From Monocercomonoides exilis PA203 (taxonomy: Eukaryota > Protista > Preaxostyla), in NCBI GenBank assembly GCA_001643675.2, contig LSRY02000067.1, positions 124,001 to 188,000 on the forward strand: DNA of 64,000 nucleotides, in the 5' to 3' direction. How positions within the stretch are numbered: the first letter of the stretch is position 1; each line of letters starts with the position of its first letter. Below are positions 1-12,069 of this stretch, piece by piece. The notes under the pieces were generated by a model, which saw only the letters and a list, made by a program, of their open reading frames with translations, had not been told where the DNA came from and searched no databases. Both the position numbers and the translations under genes were made by a program.

Positions 1-1531
1 ACGTTAGTTATTCAAAAATACTCGTCTGCTTTTTTTTCAGAGAAAAGATGCCTTTTAAAAAAATCCTTTGTTCCAATTGAAAGGGCATGAAATGTGAACA
101 TTCTCTTCTCATATTCTTTAAAAAGAAAGAAAGCAAGTAAGAAATTCCAAAAGATTGCGAACAAACAAATAAAAGAATTTAATGTGTTGTAATTATTACT
201 CAAAAACACATTTTCCAAAATAAAAAAAAAATAAAAATAATTTCAATCGTTTCTCATTTCTCACATTTCTTCAAATTTTAATCATTCAAAAAAGCAATTT
301 AACTTTGCAAACATGCACAAACACAATTTGCCCTTCTTTGCCAGCTAAACATTCTCATTGCAAAATACTAATAACCCCATCCGCCTCTTCTTCCTTCCCA
401 ATCTCTTGTTGTTCGCTTTCCGTTCTGCATTGGCCCTGCTTCCATCTCTTTCTTCTTCTTCTCATGAATCTCATCCTTTCACTTTCTTTTCAATTTTCTT
501 TTTTTTCTTCGCTCTCTTCCTTGTGCTCCAATGATGTAATCTTTTCTTCCCAAACAATTCCCATCAATACAAATTCTCGCCAAAGTCAGCGCTTTTCTGA
601 TAAAACTGTGTGTATTTCAATAAAAAATTTGTATGTCTTCAAAATATTTCGTGCTTAAATATCTAAAAAGATGATGGAGAAGGTGAAAACAAATTGAATG
701 GAATTTACGAATTAATGATTTATACCTCGTAATGAATGTCACGTGGTTGATGCCCAAATGATGTTCAAAATATTGCTTTTCAATGTTAAAATGCAACCAA
801 GATATTTTCTGCAAATACTATAAAGCTACAATGAAAATGGAAACATATTCAAAGAAGAACGTTTATCGGAATGTTATCATATATTGATAAAAATGCATGT
901 CAAAATTACTGATTCTTTTGGTATCTCATAGCAAGGCAAATAAATACATAAACTATCAAGAACATGTTGCCCAAAAAATTGTGGAGTCTTCAATTGCACC
1001 CTTATCAGCTATCTGATTAATGCAGTGTTTTGTGGATGAAATCGACATCTACTCCATTGTAAGCGACAATTTGGATCTGGGTAATTAAAGAGAATAAATT
1101 AAAAAACTATGTGTTGGATGTTTTGTCATTCTTCCGAATGTTGTTTGTTCGTGTCGTTGAGCTGCGTTGGTTGAATTATGATTTGAAAATACTCCTTCCT
1201 TTGAAAAAACCCTCACTTCCAATCTTTTTGCAATACGCATCCATCGTAAAATAACAGAGTGATAATTCTTGATTATCTTTTTCTATACTGCTTTAAAATA
1301 AGGTCAAACTTGGAATTAACAATAAATTTTTTAATTTTTTGTGTTTTGATAAAGCCATCGACAATTTTTTCAAAAAAACACAGTTTGCTGTTTGGGCAGC
1401 TTTTTGTAATATTCGCATGCAAGTTTCACGAATTCATCGTGCTAAGTTTTGGTTAAATTTAAAATAATTAATTTCTCCATATTTTCTAATGAATATGGGA
1501 TATATTTCTATTATACCAATATTTGAAAATA

Positions 1532-2413
1532 ATGGAAGAAAAACTTCGTAAGAAATACAAGAAGTACTCAAAGGATAGATCTATTAGCACAAAAGAAGTT
1601 AAAAAATGCGTTGAAAAGGTTGGTGGAACAATTAATGATACTCAAGCCCAACAACTTTTGCTTCAAATGGCCGGCTCTGATCGCAGAATGACCGAAAATG
1701 AATTTGTGTACGGAATCATGAATTACGTTAAGCCAGGTTCTGCACCACAAGTATCTGGAGCTTCAATACCATTTGGATCATCTGCACCTTTTGGTGCTCC
1801 ATCGTTTGCTCCGTTTGATCCAAATCAAGCAAGGCAACAATTATCAACGTATTATGCAGGTGCTTGTGCAGACGGTGTGGTGGAAACAAAAGAAGTTCAA
1901 GCTGCTGTTACGATGTTTGGTATAATGTGTGATCCTCCAACAGCAACGTCACTTATTCAGCAGATTGCTGGACCTGAGAGAAGAATTACACAACAAAAAT
2001 TCGTTGAAACTATTTTAGGGTTTGTTTGTTCGAGAAAAGGCCTTCCTCCTCCGCCTCCTCCTGGATTTGGTGCTCCACCACCACCTCCACCTCCCCCAGG
2101 ATATGGAATGCCTCCGCCTCCAACTGGATTGGGGGGATATGCTCCACCTGCTGGTGCCATAACTTATGGTCCCGGAGCAACACATCCAAATCCAACTGTT
2201 GCTGCAGGTCTTGTGTCTATTTATGCACATTCTGCTTCTGATGGATCGATTGATTGCGGTGAAGTTATTAAGGCATGCAATCAATTTGGAGTTGGATGTG
2301 ATCAAGCAGGCGCGGCTCAATTACTCTCGATTGTTGCTGCTCCAGAAGGAAGAATTACCCAAGAGAAATTTGTGCATCATATCGGAGTGTATATTACAAG
2401 AAATATGAAGTAG
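1532..2413 (+). CDS. Protein with three tandem degenerate EF-hand-pair-like (~62 aa) units and Pro/Gly-rich linkers
   Basis: Intronless ORF, first ATG at 1532. Three homologous units (e.g. DGVVETKEV...IAGPERRITQQKFV; DGSIDCGEV...VAAPEGRITQEKFV) resemble calmodulin lobes. Poly-Pro/GYG linker. Confidence 0.7.
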   Translation: MEEKLRKKYKKYSKDRSISTKEVKKCVEKVGGTINDTQAQQLLLQMAGSDRRMTENEFVYGIMNYVKPGSAPQVSGASIPFGSSAPFGAPSFAPFDPNQARQQLSTYYAGACADGVVETKEVQAAVTMFGIMCDPPTATSLIQQIAGPERRITQQKFVETILGFVCSRKGLPPPPPPGFGAPPPPPPPPGYGMPPPPTGLGGYAPPAGAITYGPGATHPNPTVAAGLVSIYAHSASDGSIDCGEVIKACNQFGVGCDQAGAAQLLSIVAAPEGRITQEKFVHHIGVYITRNMK

Positions 2414-2855
2414 GATAGCTTTTTAAATACACAGAAGGCATTTCTGTTTAGAATGTAGTGAATTTAGTCTTTGCTTTAAATGTTTGCTTTTTATTTATCT
2501 TTTATAATCTCATCTTTTCTATTTTTATTTTATATTGTTTTTTCTTTTTACAAATTTATTGATTATTTTTCATGAAGGTTTATTTGTTGGAATTCGTTTT
2601 GAGACATTTTTTTAGTTACAATAACTTTTAAAAAAAAAATAAAATAAACTCCATTGTAGCAAAGCGTTGCATTTGTAGAGTGAAAGTTGATTTGATTTCA
2701 TTTTTGTGTTGTTCAAAATAATTTTTTTTCTCTCGATTTCGAGAAATACATTGTTCAAAAATTTCAAATGCGGAAATAATCTTCAAAAAATAAATAAGTT
2801 TATAAATAGATGTTCAAAAATAAAATAAAATAAAATAAAAATAAAAATTAAAAAA

Positions 2856-4236
2856 GGTAATAGTCGATTAGATCGACACCCAAAAAAATCGATAAGTCAA
2901 CTTTATTTTTGCATCAAATGAAATCTATTATTAATATGAACAATGTCACAACGTGAAAATCTAGGATCTATTTCTATTTTTATTATTAAAAATTCACAGA
3001 AAAATTTTTAATAAAAGGGATAATGATCATTAAAAACAAATGTTAAATGGAGGAAAAGAAGGAGATTTCATCTTATTTCTCAATGTTTCATAACGAAGAT
3101 ATTTGCTGGGATTGGTTTAGGTTACAAATTTTATCGGACAAAAAGAAGGAGTGCGAGAAGTGCGGGTTAATAATGTATTTTACAAAGGATTCTGTTCAAG
3201 ACAGAATTTTTAGGTGTCCGAATTGCAAATCAAGAAAAACAGTGTTCGCAGATACACATATGAAAAATTCTCGATCGTGAATTTCGAAATTATTTCTTTT
3301 GCTGTTCTTCATATTCATTCGATTAAAAAAGAAGCATATTTGTGTGTTGCTTAATGTCAATAAAGACACAGTTTCATATTACATGAATTTATCACGAAAA
3401 GGACGAGTTGCAAACCTGTGTCAAAATTTTGAACAGCTTGGAAAAGATGGACAGATCGTCGAAATCGATGAAATGCTGCTCAGACGAAGAAAATATCACC
3501 GTGGAAGAAGAAAAAAGCAAATTTGGCTTTTTGGCATGGTCGAAAAAAAACTGGAGGAGGACAAGGAAATTTCATCATCATAAGAGTTAAGAACAGAAAA
3601 AAAGAGCAATTATTACCTTTTATAATGACAAACATTACCCCAGGTTCCACAATCTACTCCGACGAATGGAAGGCTTATGAATCATTGAAATCATTGGGAT
3701 TCGATCATCACACCGTATGCCATAAATACAGATATAAAACTGAAAAGGGCGTGTGTACAAATACCATTGAAGCTGTTTGGAGTGAATTTCGGAAATTTCT
3801 CCCATCGTGTGGAATTCAAAATAGATATATAGACGATATAATTGCAGAATATGTTACAACAAAATGGAAAACAATTGAGTTTTCAAAACCTGTGGAGCGC
3901 ATGTTTCTTTATTAAAATGTAGATAATAAATAAATGGGAACTCCGATCGAATTTAGCGATGAAGAATCCATAGAATCTGACGGAGAATATGATTCTTCTT
4001 TAACAGCAACAGAAGAAATATCATCTGACAGATCTTCTGAAACGATCATATTGATGAAAGAGATAAGGAATACATCCACTGAACAGTTTTTTATATAACT
4101 CCTTTTCCCACTTCAAACCCTAATTTCAAAACTCAAATGCATTAAAACACATTTATAATCACTAATTTGTTATTTCTATCAAAAAGAAATCCAAAATTTT
4201 GATTATTTTTTGGTGTTGATCTAATCGACTAATGCC
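2856..4236 (+). mobile_element. Merlin-superfamily (IS1595/ISXO2-like) DNA transposon, decayed
   Basis: TIRs: left GGTAATAGTCGATTAGATCGACACC (2856-2880); right reverse complement GGCATTAGTCGATTAGATCAACACC (ends 4236); 22/25 identical. Flanks TAAAAAA on both sides (TSD-like). Internal DDE transposase remnants. Confidence 0.9.
3047..3915 (+). pseudogene. ISXO2-like DDE transposase (Zn ribbon, HTH, DDE), disrupted
   Basis: CEKC..CPNC ribbon; IVEIDE, IYSDEWKAY, HHTVCH and TNTIEAVWS motifs. In-frame TGA at 3278-3280 and a -1 frameshift in the A-run at ~3543-3550. Confidence 0.88.
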
Positions 4237-4601
4237 TAAAAAAAATACATCTTATTTGAGAATTACAGCAAAGCTATTGTTTTTTATCTTTTTTGTTCAT
4301 TTCTTGTGAAGTGAAAAGTAAGAGAGATAATTTCTTTTCGGGTTCAAAAAAATAAAATCAAGAAAGAAATAATAAAAATAAATAAATAAATAATGAATTG
4401 ACAACTAACACTAAATGCCCAGGAAATACAAAAGAAGAGGAAGAAAAAAGCAAAAATAATGAAAATATATCAAAAAATAAAATAGTGATCATGTGATCAT
4501 TTCTGATATTCATTTCAAAAGTATATTGCAAGCAATAAGCTCGAAATGTGGAAAGCTCTCTATGAATTATAAAATAAAAGGGAAAAAAGATAGAAACATA
4601 A

Positions 4602-4637
<36 letters not shown>

Positions 4638-5181
4638 TTTTATAATAATACTAAATAAAACAAAAAGAAAAATTAAAATATAATGGAAAATAAAATAAAG
4701 ATCTATTTGTGCATTCTTCAAAAAAAGAAGCATCCTAAAAAAGAAAGAAAGAAAAACATGGTTCTGAATGTATCGAGGAAAGAATAATGAAAGAATTATA
4801 AATCTAATTCTTTTAAAGCCTCAAAAAAAAAAAAAAAATAAAAGAGAAAACAGGCATTTTCGAAGTGTCACAGTCGGAATATTCCGCATATTGCAGAAAC
4901 ATCCAAGAAAAATAACAAAAAGTGAAAGAAAAATTAATAAATAACTATAAAATTTTTGAAATGCTTCGAGATCAATTGATCTTTTCTAAAAATTCTTTTT
5001 TATTTTTTATTTTTTTTATTTTTTTGCATTTTTTTGAAATTGCATTCGAAAAACAATTCAAAAAATTGCAAAAGCGAAAAAAAAAATGTGTTTACGTTTT
5101 GTTAAGCATATCATATAAAAACGCTTTTTCCTTTATTTCTTTCAGAAAGCAAGCTATTTCCAACTCCCCAATAGATTTCCA

Positions 5182-6582
5182 TCAATTTTCTTTTTCTTTT
5201 CGACCTTTTCCTTTTGAAACATTTCCTTTGCTTCTCATTTTCTTTGTTGTTTCTTTCTGACTTTTTCCTTCTTCTCTTCCTTCTCTTTCTCCCTTCTTCT
5301 CCTTCTTCTCTCCTCTTTCCTCTCTCTCTCCTCTCTCTTTCTTCTCCTCCCTCTCCTTCTTCTCCTTCTTCTCTTTCTTCTCTTCCTTCTCTTCCTCCTC
5401 CTCTGCCCATTCACACTCCCTCGCACCCGTCCCCTCTGTCAGTCTGTCATACACCCCACACACTTCCTCATACCCTTTCTCAAACTCCTCCACACACTTC
5501 GCATAAAACGCCTCCCAATCTCCAAAATCACGCGGATCCACCACACAGCGGTAGTTCACCACAATCACCCCTCTTAAGGAAGAAGGTATGCTTCCACTCC
5601 GAACCATCTCTGAAAACATTTGCTGCGATTTCCAGTTAATTTTCTGTTTTTTGTTTGTTGAGATCGATTTTTCTTGTGATGTGCTTTCTTCTTTGCTTTG
5701 GCTCTTGCTTTTGTCTTTGATTTCTTTTTGACTTCCTTCTCTTTTCTCTTTTCCTTTTCCTTCTTTTCCTTCTTTTCCTTTTTTCCCTTCTTCTTCTTCT
5801 TCTTCTTCACTCAGCAAAGGTTTGCACAATGGAGAAAACAGCGCCTTGTCTGACCTTCTCATAGAAGCGCAATTGAAAAACGTTAAGTTCTTTCCAGCAC
5901 CACTCCCAACTCTCAAACTCCACTTAGAAACTCTGCTTTCTTCCTCTTCCTCTTCCGCTTTCTCTTTCTCTTTTTCCTTCCCTTTCTCCTTCTCCTTCTT
6001 CTCCTTCTTCTCTTTCTCCTTCTTCTCCTCTTCTCTTTCTCCTTCCCCTCTCTTTCCCAGCTCAACATCCGCTTTATGCACCCACAAGTGCTTCTCCCTC
6101 ATCACAAATTCACTTCCCTCTGAAGGGCCAATCAAAACACGGATCTTCCTCTCAAAAGCTATCCGAAATGTGCCTGTTCTGTTTCACACACAGATAAAAA
6201 AAAATAAAAGAAGAAGATGGTTGTGAGAGGGAAATTAAATTAAATTAAATTAAATAAAATTAAATTAAATTAAATTAAAAAAAGAAAGAAGGAAAGAGAA
6301 AGAAAAGAGAGAGAGGGAAAAAAAGAAAGAAAGAAAAGAGGGAAAGGGAAAAAAAAAGAAAAAGAAAAAGAAAAAAATAAAATTAAAAAAAGAAAAAAGA
6401 CATAAGCATACCGAAGAGGAAGCACTCCTCTTTTTGCCATCCTGTGCCCTTCAGGAAACAGACACAGACGAGGATTTCTGAACATCAAACACATCAAATT
6501 CAGGAAAAGGAGATGAAATTATTGTGGGAAGGGGAGGAAATGGTGAAATATTCAGCATTTGTCAGAGAGTTTTGAATTAAAA

Positions 6583-6622
<40 letters not shown>

Positions 6623-7726
6623 AGAGAAAGAGAAAGAGAAAGAGAAAGAGAAAGAGAAAGAGAAAGAGAAAGAGAAAGAGAAAGAGAAAGAGAAAGAGAA
6701 AGAGAAAGAAAGAAAGAAAGGGAAAGAAGAGCAATTTCGATAAATCATTCACAATTAAAACAGACAAAATATAATTTCCAATAAATGAATAGCATTCGTG
6801 TGAATGAAACTTTTGAAATAATCATGATCAGTCAAACATCTTTAGCTGTTCTGTATAGTGTTCTCCCATATCTTTAGTCTTTGTAATCTTTTTTTCTGTC
6901 TGATCGTTCTTTCCTCCGCTGGACTAAGCATAAAAAGCCATACATTAAAAATAAATAATTGAAAAAAATGAAAGTTTGTTTGAAGCACTGATTAATAAAA
7001 AAAAATAAAAAACCCTCTCAAAAATAATTTTGGGAGTGAAAATTAAGAAATAAAAGTGCAAAAGCGGCTTTCTTTTCTTTTCGATTTCTGTTGTATTGCA
7101 AAAGAATCCATACTCTTACAAAAAAAAGGATAGTTTTTGCTGCTTTTGCCAAAGTTGCTGCTCCTGGCATGAATAACGCAATTGCAAATCTTTCCATAAA
7201 GAATATTTATGTAAAAGAAAATATCATGTGACAACCAATTAATAATGTCACAGAAAATAGAAAATAAATATGAATAAGAAAATGATTCAGTTAGTAAAGT
7301 TTTTCAAAATGATGAAAAAGCAAAAAGCAATCGCTCATTAAATGTGCATAATACAAGAAATGTTAGAACCAATGTAAAATGTAAAATGCTCGCAAAAAAG
7401 CGTATATATCGCAATAACGCAATATAATTATAAATAACAAACCTTGACACAATGCAAGGAAAGCCCATTGCAACTTGTGTGTAAAAGTCGGCAAAACCCT
7501 TATGCGAGCATAATACTAATCCATTAAACTTTTCCACTTCATTCAATGCAGCTCCACATGCACCAACAAGAACTCGCATATGTGCCATCCCATCAATTGA
7601 CCCAGCTTCAAACAAATCTCGTGCCGTCATAAACGGCCACAATAACGTCCAAACGGTTGTGTTCCAAATGAACCACAATCCCATTCGAATGACATTTGAT
7701 ACTTTTCTCAATACTTTAAATACCAT
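5182..7726 (-). CDS. PlsC-like 1-acyl-sn-glycerol-3-phosphate/lysophospholipid acyltransferase, 5 exons (~502 aa)
   Basis: Hand-spliced exons 7726-7443, 7189-7114, 6923-6838, 6477-6412, 6178-5182, all GT-AG and phase-consistent. Motifs HKGFAD (HX4D), LFFVR, LCLFPEGHR, PLRTGTFRIA. K/E-rich insertions in the C-terminal part. Confidence 0.85.
6590..6720. repeat. (GA)n plus (GAAAAG)n microsatellite in acyltransferase intron 3
   Basis: Tandem AG dinucleotides followed by a long GAAAAG hexamer run. Confidence 0.9.
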
Positions 7727-7890
7727 TATGTAAGTATGGTTAATTGATCTGGTTTGAATTGAGCTATTTATTGCTTTAGCTTATTAATTGGATTTTTTGT
7801 GATTTTAAAAATATAAATTTTTGAATTCTTTTTTTATTTACCGTTAATTTGCAATTTTTCCCCTGATAATTCAAACAGGAAGAATAGCAA

Positions 7891-8133
7891 ATGTCAGGAA
7901 GAGGTGGACAAAGAAAATCTTGGATGAATGGAAAAGGAAAAGGCTCGAATAGAACTAGAGAAGAGGGCAGAGAAGGTGAAGTTCCGGATACTGTTATAAA
8001 CGGGTTTATAAAAAATCCTTGGGCACGTTTAGAGCAGGATGCCGGGTTACAATCCCTTCCCGATGTATGCATTAGTCAAGATGAAGATGAATTGTTGACA
8101 ACTGAAAAGAAGGATAGCAAAATCGAAGGATAA
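7891..8133 (+). CDS. Small hypothetical protein (80 aa)
   Basis: ATG-initiated, GC-richer than flanks, divergent from the acyltransferase start (164 bp apart). Contains FIKNPWARLE. Confidence 0.55.
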   Translation: MSGRGGQRKSWMNGKGKGSNRTREEGREGEVPDTVINGFIKNPWARLEQDAGLQSLPDVCISQDEDELLTTEKKDSKIEG

Positions 8134-9132
8134 TATTGCAAATTGTCGATTCTCAAAATATTTTCGAGTTTTCTGAATGAATTTTCAAAATGAGAAAATA
8201 TCTTAAAATTTGCTTACAGAACAAAGGCTAGATCTTGAAAGTTTGTAATTCATTGAATTTTATATTTATTTATTGCATCATGGAATTATCTGTTTTTTTC
8301 TTTTTCTTTTCTTTCTTTCTTTTTTTCTTTGATAAGCCTTGAATTTTTAATCTAAATGGAAGATAAGCACAGATTTGAAGGTGAAATGATAATTAGGAGG
8401 CTGAAGATAATGAAATGGATGAAAAGCAGAAAAGGTTCATCGAAATGATTGAACCAGATATTATTGCATTATTGCCTTGTTGAATTTTTCCTGTTCATGG
8501 TTTATTTCTCAATGAATATTGTCAAGACACTCCTTTGAGCTTCATCTGTCAAGCATTCGTGATTTTTTTTATTTGATGAAATTAATTTGAGATATTTGTA
8601 ATTGAATTTTTGATTTATTTTCTATTGAGTTATTGGACAATCTGGGAGCAACATTTTTTTTCTTTATGAAAGAAAAATTCTGTGGTTCTGTAGAACTTTG
8701 AAATAGTCACTTCATTTTAATCCTGATCGGGAATAAATGCATTTTATTCATGAATCGAAACATTTTCCAAATTTTTTTATAATTTTTCATCTGTTATGAT
8801 AATACGAAAATGTTGAACGAAATTTTTAGCTTAATGAATTTTGTTCTACATAACTTTATCTCATATTTTTCTCAATTTTTTTAAATTTTCTGTATTTTTT
8901 TTGCATGGGAATGCAAGAATTATTATGATATCATTGCAGAAAACTTTGGAACAAATCGCTTTTATTTTCATGAATGAAAAAAAAATATACCACAAATGTG
9001 TGTCATTTTATTGTCATTATCATTTTCATTTTCATTGAAATTATCATTATTATTCATATTTTATTTTTGTTTTTTATTTTCCCCCTTCTTTCTGCTATTT
9101 TTTTCCTTGCCAAACTTTTAGTGCAATCAACG

Positions 9133-10025
9133 ATGGTTGTGGCCGATATTGAAGAAGCCAAACGGAAATATCTTAAAGAATGGCAAAAGCTGAAGCTTTT
9201 GTCTGAACAAAATGAAGCAATTAATTCATCTCATCATCCACTTCACGATTCTTCCTCTTCTTCCTCTTCTTCTTCCTCTTCTTCATCCTCTTCCTCCTCT
9301 TCTTCTTCCTCTTCTTCCTCTTCCTCTTCATCTTCCTCTTCTTCCTCTTTTCACTCCAAGCACCACAAACACACCACTTTCTTTGGATTGGATGGAGATG
9401 TCATTCAAGAATCCCTTTTGTCCTTCTTCACCCAACTCGACTGCCTCCGCGCAGTAAAATTCCCTCTTTCGCCTTCTCTTTTTTACATGAGCGAAGACAA
9501 GCTTGTTGCGCACATGTCAAATTTGTAGACAAGTCATCACAATTCAGCTGGTAATTTCATTGAAACTGAAGCAAACACAAAGGAAACTGCTAAACACACA
9601 AATACTCAATCACTAACAGCTCATTCTCTTAGCTCATTAACTTCCTCATTATCTTCTTCATGCATTCTTCTTCTTCTTCTGGATGTTGTGTGGAGTCGTA
9701 TTCAGATGCAGTTGTGTTGGCAAGAGAATGCATCAGATGTATTAACTCTTCATTCAGCCCTCATTTCTCCCCCAACAAAAACGGAGACAAGAAATCAGCA
9801 GAAAAACAGAACAGAATTTCTGAAATGTACGAAAAAGAGGCCAAATAAAATCAATTGCTCACTCGGAAATAAGGAAAGATCAAGAGATATCAGAGAAATG
9901 GATTGCATTGAAGGAAAAGATGTGCCAAATGAATCAGAGGATGAAACGAAGATGAAGATTTGCTGCCACAAATCGTGACAGAAGAAGAACTTGCCCGCTT
10001 TGGCTTATCTTTTGATAGCGTTTAA
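9133..10025 (+). pseudogene. Degenerate Ser-rich hypothetical gene
   Basis: MVVADIEEAKRKYLKEW... then poly-Ser, TAG at 9526-9528, then coding-like pieces in shifting frames ending ...DLLPQIVTEEELARFGLSFDSV*. Confidence 0.5.
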
Positions 10026-10305
10026 TTCAAAGCGAAACATTTCTTTCTTTTTTGATAATCATTATTTTCATTTCAAAATTAACCATTTCATTCACAAAAA
10101 TTCGCATCAAATTTAAGCGCACATAGTTTATTCTCACATAACAAATAAATAAATTTTGTATTCGAATATTTAAATCATTCCATTTTATTTGAATAAATAC
10201 ATCTTATGGGCTTGGTTAACGAAGACCATTCTTTAAAAAAGAATAATAACATTTGTTATTTTTGAACCGAAATTTTGTCCCATTTGATTTAAGTTAACAT
10301 TTTTC

Positions 10306-11586
10306 ATGGCAGAAGCGTTTCCTAAGTATTGTTTTAATTTGTTGAATGAATTGTCTAGCGATATTTACGAAAACATGTTGTTTGAAAGCCCCGATCAAAC
10401 GAATTTGGATGAACTGGATAAACATTTAAATGATGAATTACAATTGCCTTTCCCTTACGATGAAGTTGATGAATTCACTATGCCATCAAAACGTACCACT
10501 TTTATGTCTGAAGATGCTGAAATGGATTTCTTTAATATCAATTCTTGTCAGTCATTTCCTGGATCAATTCCAACTAACTATGAAAATGAAATTGCATTTA
10601 TGAATAAATATGATCTTCCTGAAGATGAGCCAAAAGACTCAACTTTTACTGATGGATTTGGTTGCGTAGAAAATCCTCTCCCCCCTGATGATTTATCAAC
10701 TTGGTCGAGTTCATCTTACCACCTACCTTGCTACGAAAAAGAGTCTCCTAAGCAACTTGAAGTTGTTGTGCGAGATAGTTGTGCAAATCCGAAAGAAATA
10801 ATTACTCAGATTGATCTTCCAGATATATACAGAAGAGAAGAAACAAAAAAGCAAATCATATATGAAAAGCTGACAAAAACTTCGTTACCGTGTATTTCGT
10901 CCAAAAAGCTCAAAGAATTGGATGTATTCTCAATTACGTTTTTCAACAGGCAAAAAAAATTATCACATTCATTTTATTTGGAAGAAGCAACATTGAAGTT
11001 TCGGTCCAGTTCAACAAAACTCTGGTTGAAGTTTCTGAATGCAATGAAAATCTACGATACATCTTCAATTGGAAAGTTATTGAGCATTCTACCAAATGAT
11101 ATCATTCAAGGAGAGCCCGAATTTTCAGTCAATAAGGCAGATTTAACATCAGTTTTTGGAATGAAGATTCCAGAAATGTGTAAAAAGGAATGCCTGCTGG
11201 ATGCAAGCGTCTGCATGAAGATTAATTTCAGGACATTTGGATACAATAAGCCAATATTTTCTGAAGAAAAAACGAAAAAGGAGCTTATGGAACAACATCG
11301 TAAACGATATCCAATTCTTTTATGGATTGAATTGCCAGGAAAGATTGAATTTAAAGCAAAAGTTAATGGGAAAAAAGGAGGCTCAATTTGCTATGGAGAA
11401 AATATAGCTTATTCTATAAGCGATACATTTGCGATTTATGATGATGCCTCTCAACCCGATATGATTTTGATTGTTCTAAATGACACGATTGAAAGGTTTA
11501 GAAATGCATTGAAACCATTTTTAGAATACGGAAAACGTACGCTGCAAGAGAGATTGTACGAAGGAATTGAATACGAAGTTGCTTAA
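10306..11586 (+). CDS. Hypothetical protein (426 aa), acidic N-terminal half and globular-looking C-terminal half
   Basis: Long intronless ATG-initiated ORF in AT-rich DNA. No recognisable family. Confidence 0.75.
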   Translation: MAEAFPKYCFNLLNELSSDIYENMLFESPDQTNLDELDKHLNDELQLPFPYDEVDEFTMPSKRTTFMSEDAEMDFFNINSCQSFPGSIPTNYENEIAFMNKYDLPEDEPKDSTFTDGFGCVENPLPPDDLSTWSSSSYHLPCYEKESPKQLEVVVRDSCANPKEIITQIDLPDIYRREETKKQIIYEKLTKTSLPCISSKKLKELDVFSITFFNRQKKLSHSFYLEEATLKFRSSSTKLWLKFLNAMKIYDTSSIGKLLSILPNDIIQGEPEFSVNKADLTSVFGMKIPEMCKKECLLDASVCMKINFRTFGYNKPIFSEEKTKKELMEQHRKRYPILLWIELPGKIEFKAKVNGKKGGSICYGENIAYSISDTFAIYDDASQPDMILIVLNDTIERFRNALKPFLEYGKRTLQERLYEGIEYEVA

Positions 11587-12069
11587 AAGAGAGGAATATG
11601 TTGAAGTACAATGCGTACGATAACGAAAATTTACGAAATAATAATAATTAAGTTAAAGAAATGAAATGTTTAATAAATCAGTATATGAGAAAGAAAATTT
11701 TAAAGTCCTTTTTTTCTTTTGTCTATTTATGATCTTTATGGCTCTTTCCTTGTTCTTGTTCTTGTTCTGTTGCTTTTTCTTTAATGATTTTATTCTCTTC
11801 TTCTTTTGAATTTTTTATTTTATCTTCATGATTTTAGCTTGCTTTCATAAGCCATCTATCTTTTTATCTATTTTTTCGAAGTTCTGTTTTTATTTATGTT
11901 ATTGTTGATTCTTTCGTATATTTTTGTGAATGTTTATGTTGAGAATGAATTGTGAACGCTGATTGCAAAAATTTGTTCACTGGCACAACCATGTTGTTGC
12001 TGCACTGCTGAACGTTTTTATGATCTTTCTCACGATCACACTCCTCATAAATATTCATTTGAATGTAAT

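Noticed and set aside
1-1460. Short ORFs and coding-like fragments (e.g. minus-strand IVAYNGVDVDF resembling a PolB exonuclease motif)
   Set aside because: Stops in all frames and no second supporting motif; cannot assign.
6500-6580. Apparent exon lacking an AG acceptor (non-canonical splicing)
   Set aside because: A canonical acceptor at 6479-6478 gives the correct frame, so this stretch is intronic.
9526-9528. In-frame TAG suggesting a TAR=Gln genetic code for the host
   Set aside because: The 3600- and 2700-codon ORFs contain many Gln and no TAA/TAG, and TAA/TAG end several genes; this locus also shows frameshifts.
11300-11410. WIELPGK resembling an HSP20/alpha-crystallin motif
   Set aside because: Too short, and the rest of the domain pattern is not evident.
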